Assembly: GCA_963693365.1 (NCBI GenBank)
Contig: CAVNZM010000096.1
Span: forward strand, 1-9,003
Source of the DNA: Amoebidium appalachense
Taxonomy: Eukaryota; Protista; Ichthyosporea
Reading direction: 5' to 3'
Length of the DNA: 9,003 nt
The notes beneath the pieces were generated by a model, which did not search any database, was not told the DNA's origin, and worked only from the letters and a program-made list of their open reading frames with translations. The first letter of the stretch is position 1. Each line of letters starts with the position of its first letter. Below are positions 1-7,600 of this stretch, in pieces. A program made the position numbers and the translations under genes.

Positions 1-87
1 TCTGTGTGCAGGGCACTGATTTCTACCCTCTTCTGGTATTCTGAAATCACTCGCAAGTGTTATCCCTCATGATTGTATCAATCCGTT

Positions 88-432
88 TCATGGAGTCTTA
101 GCGGACTGGCCCAGCCGTATGAGACAGGCCCGTAGAAAGTCCTTTTGCTTCTTCAGCTTGTCGTTTTCCAGCTGCAGCTCTTGGTTCTCCACCACCAAAT
201 TCTTGTTCTCTTCGCACACCTTGTTGCGCTCCTCTTGCAGGCCCTTGATCACCTCCCGCTGGTTCTTGTTCATTGTGCGCAGCGCGTCGTTGTCCTTGTC
301 CATGTCGTTGTTCAACTCCCTCAGCTGCTGGATCAGCCCGTGCAGCCCCTCGTTGGCCTCCTTCAGCATCTTGTTGGTCTCTTGCAGCTGCTTGGTGTGT
401 GCATCTTGGCGCTGTGTATCTGTTTCATCCAT
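88..432 (-). CDS. Hypothetical 114-aa leucine-zipper-like coiled-coil protein
   Basis: ATG in good Kozak context (acaATGg). Heptad pattern with recurring Asn over most of the length (LQETNKMLKEANEGL...VCEENKNLVVENQELQLENDKLKKQKDFL). G/C-rich third codon positions. The overlapping + ORFs look like antisense shadows. Confidence 0.8.
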   Translation of the reverse strand: MDETDTQRQDAHTKQLQETNKMLKEANEGLHGLIQQLRELNNDMDKDNDALRTMNKNQREVIKGLQEERNKVCEENKNLVVENQELQLENDKLKKQKDFLRACLIRLGQSAKTP

Positions 433-488
433 TGTGTCGTTTGCAGCCGGTTGGGCAGGAGGTGTTTAGTTTTTCTATCTTTCTATCC

Positions 489-707
489 ACGAAGCAAAGC
501 AGTGTGAACAAAAAAAAAACGTCCCTCTTATTTTTACGAAGCAAAAGTGTGACCCAAAAAAACCGTCCCTCTTACACAGTGCAAAATAAAGCAAAATCCT
601 ATGATGCGCAAACACACCGTGAACTAAAAAAACTCGCCACTGATTATTTACACGAAGTAAAGCAGTGTGAACAAAAAAAAGCGCCCCTTACACAATGCAA
701 AATAAAA
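489..707. repeat. Three imperfect ~42-56-bp direct repeats (ACGAAGYAAA..GTGTGA..A-run..CCY(T)CTTA[CACARTGCAAAATAAA])
   Basis: Copies at 489-530, 536-590 and 652-707, aligned by eye. Confidence 0.75.
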
Positions 708-726
708 CACACACACACACACACAC
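707..726. repeat. (AC)10 microsatellite
   Basis: Read directly from the sequence. Confidence 0.9.
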
Positions 727-999
727 CAAGCCATTTGTATCCAGCTCGGACCCCTTTTTGTGCGCACACTTCTGGTTGGTGTATAAGTATTGGATCCACG
801 TGAGCGCGAGTTTCCTAAGTGCTGCTCAAAAAGTGACATATGTGATTGTGTACTTTTCCTGACCAATTTTTGTATCCCTGATAGACAGAATAATGCTCGT
901 AATTGTTGGGAAGCATATTCGTGCTTTTTTAGGAGTTGCTACATCAAAATACATTGTGTTCAAACACTGATGGCCAAGTTGCAAAGATCGGATTACAAT

Positions 1000-1270
1000 C
1001 CAATCTGTCAAAATGACAATTCTCAAGTCAAAACATGCTCTTGTTGATCCAATCAGAATTCATCAATCAGTCAGCAGATTTGGTTGAGCCCCAACTTATC
1101 GGATACACCAAGATGCCTAAATGACAATTAGCCAATCAGATGTTCACGCGATCTCTAGATCCAATCAAGCGTCGCGGCTGGGGTATATCCAACCAATCTA
1201 ATGCAATAAAGCATCTGATGCCAAAGCCGGGCACGGCATATAAAAGCCCATACTCTCTTCAATCCACACA
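1000..1270 (+). promoter_or_regulatory. RNA Pol II-type promoter: CCAAT cluster plus TATA box
   Basis: CCAATC at 1000, 1049, 1132, 1161 and 1193. TATAAAAG at 1239-1246. CA-type initiator candidates ~30 nt downstream (1266-1270). Directly precedes the ORF starting at 1325. Confidence 0.8.
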
Positions 1271-1324
1271 CCTTTTCCATGTTAGCTAGCTTCTCCCTTG
1301 GCACACAACGTACATCCAACTGTC

Positions 1325-2059
1325 ATGAAAATGAGTTCTAAAGACATCAAAGATCTAGAAAGGCGCGCTGAAAAAATAGAGACAAGACTCAAGACTTTGG
1401 AGGAGGATGCAAAGGCCCTGCGGGACACCCAGGCCCGTTTCGCGCGCGCCCTTGCTAGGCACGCCCGCATGGCTTTAAGCAAGCGCACCACTACAGCAGC
1501 AACCGTGGCACCCCCAGCGCTGACCGTGGCACCCCCAGCGCTGACCGTGGCACCCCCTGTCCTGGCAGCGGCACCTGCACTTCGTGCTGGCGAGCATGGC
1601 AGCTCCTATCCCGTGGACTTGGCCCCCCTGCCCCTGCAGCGCTCACGTTTGCACATCACACAGGGGTCCAAGACACGGGAGAAACCACGAAGACAGCAGA
1701 AGAGGACACGAGAGGAAGTCAGAAGCTCTGGGTCGGAGGAGGAGCACCATTCTCCAGTGCCTCCTTGGTTCAACTGGAAGACCTTCACACAGGGGTCCAA
1801 GACACGGGAGAAACCACGAAGACAGCAGAAGAGGACACGAGAGGAAGTCAAAAGCTCTGGGTCGGAGGTACAGGAGGAAGTGCCTCCTTGGTTCAAGACC
1901 TTGCTATGGGGACCTGAGGAGTACTCGTCTTCTGAGGAGCACTCGTCTTCCGAGTCCAAGACCTTGACACGGGGACAGCAGAAAAGGGCACGAGCCAGTG
2001 AAGCCAGCAGCTCTGGGGCGTCTTCCGAGTCTTCAGACGGAGATATCAACTGGCCTTGA
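1325..2059 (+). CDS. Hypothetical ~244-aa protein: N-terminal coiled coil, TVAPPAL repeats, duplicated basic 43-aa block, Ser/acidic tail
   Basis: Long ORF downstream of TATA/CCAAT. The ORF-track start at 1298 is TTG; the first in-frame ATGs are 1325 and 1331 (aaaATG). Internal repeats of 21 bp and 129 bp both preserve frame. Confidence 0.75.
   Translation: MKMSSKDIKDLERRAEKIETRLKTLEEDAKALRDTQARFARALARHARMALSKRTTTAATVAPPALTVAPPALTVAPPVLAAAPALRAGEHGSSYPVDLAPLPLQRSRLHITQGSKTREKPRRQQKRTREEVRSSGSEEEHHSPVPPWFNWKTFTQGSKTREKPRRQQKRTREEVKSSGSEVQEEVPPWFKTLLWGPEEYSSSEEHSSSESKTLTRGQQKRARASEASSSGASSESSDGDINWP
1502..1560 (+). repeat. 21-bp x ~3 coding tandem repeat (TVAPPAL)
   Basis: accgtggcacccccagcgctg repeated. 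Confidence 0.9.
1656..1896 (+). repeat. 129-bp-period coding duplication (TQGSKTREKPRRQQKRTREEV.SSGSE...VPPWF x2)
   Basis: Copies begin at 1656 and 1785. A partial third copy (KTLTRGQQKRAR) lies near 1958-1993. Confidence 0.9.
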
Positions 2060-2138
2060 CACGGTGAAAAAAGGGGCCGCTATTAGAGAGTAGCCTCAGG
2101 CTATTCTAGTGCTTGTGTGCAGGTGTACTTAACATTGA

Positions 2139-5100
2139 GTGTACTTAGGGTGGGGCTGTGCAGACGTGTACTTAAAGGGCCGGGCTGTGCAGACGTGTAC
2201 TTAGGATGGTGCAGACGTGTACTTAAAGGGTGGGGCTGTGCAGACGTGTACTTAAAGGGTGGGGCTGTGCAGACGTGTACTTAGGATGGTGTAGACGTGT
2301 ACTTAGGGTGGTGCAGAGTGTACTTAGGGTGGTGCAGAGGTGTACTTAGGATGGTGTAGACGTGTACTTAGGGTGGTGCAGAGTGTACTTAGGGTGGTGC
2401 AGAGGTGTACTTAGGGTGGTGCAGAGGTGTACTTAGGGCTGTGCAGACGTGTACTTAGGGTGGGGCTGTGCAGAGTGTACTTAGGGTGGTGCAGAGGTGT
2501 ACTTAGGGCTGTGCAGACGTGTACTTAGGGTGGGGCTGTGCAGAGTGTACTTAGGGTGGTGCAGAGTGTACTTAGGGTGGTGCAGAGGTGTACTTAGGGC
2601 TGTGCAGACGTGTACTTAGGGTGGGGCTGTGCAGAGTGTACTTAGGGTGGTGCAGAGGTGTACTTAGGGCTGTGCAGACGTGTACTTAGGGTGGGGCTGT
2701 GCAGAGTGTACTTAGGGTGGTGCAGAGTGTACTTAGGGTGGGGCTGTGCAGAGTGTACTTAGGGTGGTGCAGAGTGTACTTAGGGTGGGGCTGTGCAGAG
2801 TGTACTTAGGGTGGGGCTGTGCAGAGTGTACTTAGGGTGGTGCAGAGTGTACTTAGGGTGGGGCTGTGCAGAGTGTACTTAGGGTGGTGCAGAGTGTACT
2901 TAGGGTGGGGCTGTGCAGAGTGTACTTAGGGTGGTGCAGAGTGTACTTAGGGTGGTGCAGAGTGTACTTAGGGTGGGGCTGTGCAGAGGTGTACTTAGGG
3001 TGGTGCAGAGTGTACTTAGGGTGGTGCAGAGGTGTACTTAGGGTGGTGCAGACGTGTACTTAGGGTGGTGCAGACGTGTACTTAGGGTGGTGCAGAGGTG
3101 TACTTAGGGTGGTGCAGAGGTGTACTTAGGGTGGTGCAGAGTGTACTTAGGGTGGGGCTGTGCAGAGGTGTACTTAGGGTGGTGCAGAGTGTACTTAGGG
3201 TGGTGCAGAGGTGTACTTAGGGTGGTGCAGACGTGTACTTAGGGTGGTGCAGACGTGTACTTAGGGTGGTGCAGAGGTGTACTTAGGGTGGTGCAGAGGT
3301 GTACTTAGGGTGGTGCAGAGGTGTACTTAGGGTGGTGCAGACGTGTACTTAGGGTGGTGCAGAGGTGTACTTAGGGTGGTGCAGACGTGTACTTAGGGTG
3401 GTGCAGAGGTGTACTTAGGGTGGTGCAGACGTGTACTTAGGGTGGGGCTGTGCACCACAGTGTACTTAGGGTGGTGCAGACGTGTACTTAGGGTGGGGCT
3501 GTGCACCACAGTGTACTTAGGGTGGTGCAGACGTGTACTTAGGGTGGGGCTGTGCACCACAGTGTACTTAGGGTGGTGCAGACGTGTACTTAGGGTGGGG
3601 CTGTGCACCACAGTGTACTTAGGGTGGTGCAGACGTGTACTTAGGGTGGTGCAGAGGTGTACTTAGGGTGGTGCAGAGGTGTACTTAGGGTGGTGCAGAC
3701 GTGTACTTAGGGTGGTGCAGAGGTGTACTTAGGGTGGTGCAGACGTGTACTTAGGGTGGTGCAGAGGTGTACTTAGGGTGGTGCAGACGTGTACTTAGGG
3801 TGGGGCTGTGCACCACAGTGTACTTAGGGTGGTGCAGACGTGTACTTAGGGTGGGGCTGTGCACCACAGTGTACTTAGGGTGGTGCAGACGTGTACTTAG
3901 GGTGGTGCAGAGGTGTACTTAGGGTGGTGCAGAGGTGTACTTAGGGTGGTGCAGAGGTGTACTTAGGGTGGTGCAGACGTGTACTTAGGGTGGGGCTGTG
4001 CAGAGTGTACTTAGGGTGGGGCTGTGCAGAGTGTACTTAGGGTGGTGCAGAGTGTACTTAGGGTGGGGCTGTGCAGAGTGTACTTAGGGTGGTGCAGAGT
4101 GTACTTAGGGTGGTGCAGAGTGTACTTAGGGTGGGGCTGTGCAGAGGTGTACTTAGGGTGGTGCAGAGTGTACTTAGGGTGGTGCAGAGGTGTACTTAGG
4201 GTGGTGCAGACGTGTACTTAGGGTGGTGCAGACGTGTACTTAGGGTGGTGCAGAGGTGTACTTAGGGTGGTGCAGAGGTGTACTTAGGGTGGTGCAGAGT
4301 GTACTTAGGGTGGGGCTGTGCAGAGGTGTACTTAGGGTGGTGCAGAGTGTACTTAGGGTGGTGCAGAGGTGTACTTAGGGTGGTGCAGACGTGTACTTAG
4401 GGTGGTGCAGACGTGTACTTAGGGTGGTGCAGAGGTGTACTTAGGGTGGTGCAGAGGTGTACTTAGGGTGGTGCAGAGGTGTACTTAGGGTGGTGCAGAC
4501 GTGTACTTAGGGTGGTGCAGAGGTGTACTTAGGGTGGTGCAGACGTGTACTTAGGGTGGGGCTGTGCACCACAGTGTACTTAGGGTGGTGCAGACGTGTA
4601 CTTAGGGTGGGGCTGTGCACCACAGTGTACTTAGGGTGGTGCAGACGTGTACTTAGGGTGGGGCTGTGCACCACAGTGTACTTAGGGTGGTGCAGACGTG
4701 TACTTAGGGTGGGGCTGTGCACCACAGTGTACTTAGGGTGGTGCAGACGTGTACTTAGGGTGGTGCAGAGGTGTACTTAGGGTGGTGCAGAGGTGTACTT
4801 AGGGTGGTGCAGACGTGTACTTAGGGTGGTGCAGAGGTGTACTTAGGGTGGTGCAGACGTGTACTTAGGGTGGTGCAGAGGTGTACTTAGGGTGGTGCAG
4901 ACGTGTACTTAGGGTGGGGCTGTGCACCACAGTGTACTTAGGGTGGTGCAGACGTGTACTTAGGGTGGGGCTGTGCACCACAGTGTACTTAGGGTGGTGC
5001 AGACGTGTACTTAGGGTGGTGCAGAGGTGTACTTAGGGTGGTGCAGAGGTGTACTTAGGGTGGTGCAGAGGTGTACTTAGGGTGGTGCAGACGTGTACTT

Positions 5101-5343
5101 AGGGTGGTGCAGAGGTGTACTTAGGGTGGTGCAGACGTGTACTTAGGGTGGGGCTGTGCACCACAGTGTACTTAGGGTGGTGCAGACGTGTACTTAGGGT
5201 GGTGCAGAGGTGTACTTAGGGTGGTGCAGACGTGTACTTAGGGTGGGGCTGTGCACCACAGTGTACTTAGGGTGGTGCAGACGTGTACTTAGGGTGGGGC
5301 TGTGCACCACAGTGTACTTAGGGTGGTGCAGAGTGTACTTAGG
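2139..5343 (+). repeat. 3.2-kb G-rich satellite/minisatellite, ~137 units of 21-29 bp, core GTGTACTTAGGG, nearly all with one TTAGGG
   Basis: Core plus TGGTGCAGA (21 bp), +G or +C (22), TGGGGCTGTGCAGA (26, or 27 with +G), TGGGGCTGTGCACCACA (29) or CTGTGCAGAC (22). Degenerate copies at 2115-2138 and 5344-5468. Confidence 0.97.
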
Positions 5344-5629
5344 TGGGTGTCTTGTGGTGAAAGTAAAGTTTATGGCATACAGGCAGATGTGTGCTTTAAG
5401 CCTTAGGGAACTGTGGGCAGACATGTCAACACTTGGGCCTATGGGTAGACGTGTACACACTTAGTGTATTTGTTTGTGTCTCTCATGGTTATTTTATAGC
5501 ATGAAGCACTGCAAAAAATGGTGTATGTTTCCGTGGTCCACGTACACAGAATCCTTTAATATGAACACAAGTGATTGTATAGAAAAAGAGTACGTACGTA
5601 CATGATAGTCTAGTCAGATTACAAAGAAC

Positions 5630-5725
5630 AAATCAACTTGGACCGAGTATATTCAAATACAAACTAAAAGAGAAAAGAAACAAATAAATCAAGACCGATC
5701 AATTCAAATACAAATCAAAAGAGAA
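5630..5725. repeat. Imperfect ~40-45-bp direct repeat x2 in an A-rich intergenic/3' UTR region
   Basis: aaatcaa..gaccga..attcaaatacaaa..aaaagagaa at 5630-5674 and 5686-5725. Confidence 0.7.
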
Positions 5726-5748
5726 TGCCACTTAGTCGACCAATCAAA

Positions 5749-6900
5749 TCAGTACATCTCATGCTCATACTGGTCAAACTCTTCCTGGTCAAGATCAATG
5801 AGGGGAATTTCTTCAGTTTGTTTATGTTTGGGTTCAGGTTTGCGGTCATACACGACCGACTCACGATCAGACGCAGATTCGTCATCTGTCATATCATCGA
5901 GTACCTGATTTGCCCGTCGTTTGAGCCGCTTGGGGTTGAATGCTTCATCTGAGTCCCAATCACATTGATCATGGACGCGTTTGGCGGGTGAGGCAGGTGA
6001 AGAGACAGACTCATTACCACCTGTGTATGCCTTCAAGTTCTTCTCCCGTCGCAGAATCTTCCTTCGGATGCTTTTTATGGTGTTTTGGGCTGCACACACA
6101 GCAGCAATGGCCAGGCCCTCCGCCATTTCATCTTCAGCCGCCTTTGCCTCTTTGACACGCTCTCGAGCATTCTGGAGCTCCCCCCTCACACTAGTTAGCT
6201 GTGCATCGAGGTCCATCGTATGGTCATGCAACGAAGTCTCAGGTGTTTTGGTGTGCTTGGGCCTGGGCTTAGCGGCAGGGGTGGTCTTGGCAGGAGTGGT
6301 CTTGGTGGTAGGGGTGGTCTTGGCAGGAGTGGTCTTGGTGGTAGGGGTGGTCTTGGCAGGAGTGGTCTTGGCGGCAGGGGTGGGGGCAGTCACAGGGGCG
6401 GTCTTTGCGACAGGGGTGGGGGCAGTCACAGGGGTGGTCTTTGCGGCAGGGGTGGGGGCAGTCACAGGGGCGGTCTTTGCGACAGGGGTGGGGGCAGTCA
6501 CAGGGGTGGTCTTTGCGGCAGGGGTGGGGTCAGCAGTCACAGTGGTGGTGTTGGCGGCAATGGTAGTCTTGCGAGGGCCACTGAAAATGTAGTTTTCATA
6601 GGCCACCTGGCCATCCCGACGGGGTGCTGCAGCCCGTTGCAGGCTGGCAAGCTCGGCCTGCAGGGTCTTGATCTGCTCTTCGGCTGCCCTCAGTCGTGCC
6701 TCTACATCAGAGGGCTGGGGTTGGGGGGGTCGGGGGGTACGCGCAGCATTCTCATTGGTCACTTGACTGCGGAGGCTGGTGAGGTCGGTGCGGAGGCTGG
6801 TGACGTCGGTGTGCAGGGCCGTTAAGCGAGACGAATGGTCCGTGTACAGAAAATCAAAGCGCTTCTGCAGCTGTTGAAGCTCCTCTTTCCAAGAATCCAT
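5749..6900 (-). CDS. Hypothetical 383-aa protein: coiled coils, Thr/Pro/Ala/Lys repeat linker, basic NLS-like motif, acidic C-terminus with SIM-like motif
   Basis: Longest ORF in the window. Strong Kozak context (aacATGg). TATA ~100 nt upstream. Heptad segments at about aa 1-48, 66-90 and 229-290. In-frame 36-bp and 33-bp repeats. Candidate poly(A) signal ATTAAA on the minus strand at 5560-5555. Confidence 0.85.
   Translation of the reverse strand: MDSWKEELQQLQKRFDFLYTDHSSRLTALHTDVTSLRTDLTSLRSQVTNENAARTPRPPQPQPSDVEARLRAAEEQIKTLQAELASLQRAAAPRRDGQVAYENYIFSGPRKTTIAANTTTVTADPTPAAKTTPVTAPTPVAKTAPVTAPTPAAKTTPVTAPTPVAKTAPVTAPTPAAKTTPAKTTPTTKTTPAKTTPTTKTTPAKTTPAAKPRPKHTKTPETSLHDHTMDLDAQLTSVRGELQNARERVKEAKAAEDEMAEGLAIAAVCAAQNTIKSIRRKILRREKNLKAYTGGNESVSSPASPAKRVHDQCDWDSDEAFNPKRLKRRANQVLDDMTDDESASDRESVVYDRKPEPKHKQTEEIPLIDLDQEEFDQYEHEMY
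6270..6545 (-). repeat. Coding tandem repeats: 36-bp (APTP[AV]AKT[TA]PVT) and 33-bp (KTTPAKTTPTT)
   Basis: caggggtggggg recurs at a 36-bp period (6375, 6411...). KTTP units are visible in the translation. Confidence 0.9.
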
Positions 6901-6966
6901 GTTTCGTGTGAGTGTTTGAAAAACAAGTTTGTTGTGTGTCGCCTTTTACTATTGAGTGTCAGTGTT

Positions 6967-7200
6967 GAAATGAGTGAATGTGACCGTGTGTGCTGCTTTT
7001 ATATGCCACGGTACAAAGCAGCTTACAGCAATGGTGCCAAGGCTCAATGGGATAGATCTCTCCAATCAACGGTCATTGTCACTCAAACGGCCTTGATGGT
7101 TGGCAAAGTATCACGTCTAAGCTTGATGAAAACAAACCCGTGGCTGCTAACCATTGGCCGGGTATAGATCTAACCAAAAAAGGAAGGCACAACAAATTGG
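6967..7200 (-). promoter_or_regulatory. Pol II-type promoter of the 383-aa ORF (TATA + Inr + CCAAT)
   Basis: Minus strand reads GGCATATAAAAGC at 7007-6995. Inr-like TCATTT with its A at 6971, ~32 nt downstream. CCAAT/ATTGG at 7062, 7153 and 7196. Confidence 0.75.
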
Positions 7201-7524
7201 TGCCTGCACACGGAGCATGCCTATAGGCTGTTTAGACACCACACGTGTAGGGCGCTGCCTCTTGGCACCAACCAGAAGAGGGTAGAAATTGGTGCCTGCA
7301 CACGGAGCATGCCTATAGGCTGTTTAGACACCACACGTGTAGGGCGCTGCCTCTTGGCACCAACCAGAAGAGGGTAGAAATTGGTGCCTGCACACGGAGC
7401 ATGCCTATAGGCTGTTTAGACACCACACGTGTAGGGCGCTGCCTCTTGGCACCAACCAGAAGAGGGTAGAAATTGGTGCCTGCACACGGAGCATGCCTAT
7501 AGGCTGTTTAGACACCACACGTGT
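7194..7524. repeat. Perfect 92-bp tandem repeat x3.6 (enhancer-like)
   Basis: Units start at 7194, 7286, 7378 and 7470. Each contains ATTGG, GCATGC, GCCTATAGGC and ACACGTGT; the three full units also contain TTGGTGCC...GGCACCAA. Confidence 0.95.
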
Positions 7525-7600
7525 TGTGGCTTCTGCCTTTATCACCCACACACCCCCACGTGCCAACATACACTATCCTCCCCGTGAGTGGCATGCCAGT

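Noticed and set aside
119-1047. ORFs 119-469, 145-507, 273-803, 648-866, 790-1047 and 826-1026
   Set aside because: Antisense shadows of the 114-aa gene, or ORFs running through repeats, the microsatellite and the promoter, with implausible composition.
1282-2049. ORFs 1282-1491 (-), 1584-1967 (+) and 1606-2049 (-)
   Set aside because: They overlap the promoter-supported 1325-2059 ORF and are kept open by high GC and in-frame repeats.
2139-5343. CRISPR array
   Set aside because: There are no unique spacers (only a handful of related tail variants), the period is too short, and no cas genes are present.
2139-5343. Functional chromosome telomere
   Set aside because: The array is internal, with unique gene-bearing sequence on both sides, and TTAGGG is never tandem.
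2866-5464. ORFs inside the satellite (VYLGWCRRVLRVGLCTT and HSPTLSTRLHHPKYTVV repeats)
   Set aside because: By-products of 51-bp and 21-bp periods. Most use GTG starts, and they frameshift wherever the unit order changes.
5725-7167. + strand ORFs antisense to the 383-aa gene (including the 203-aa hydrophobic and 201-aa Gly/Arg-rich ORFs)
   Set aside because: Mirror translations of the Thr/Pro repeats with no separate promoter evidence. The RGG-rich frame is curious but unsupported.
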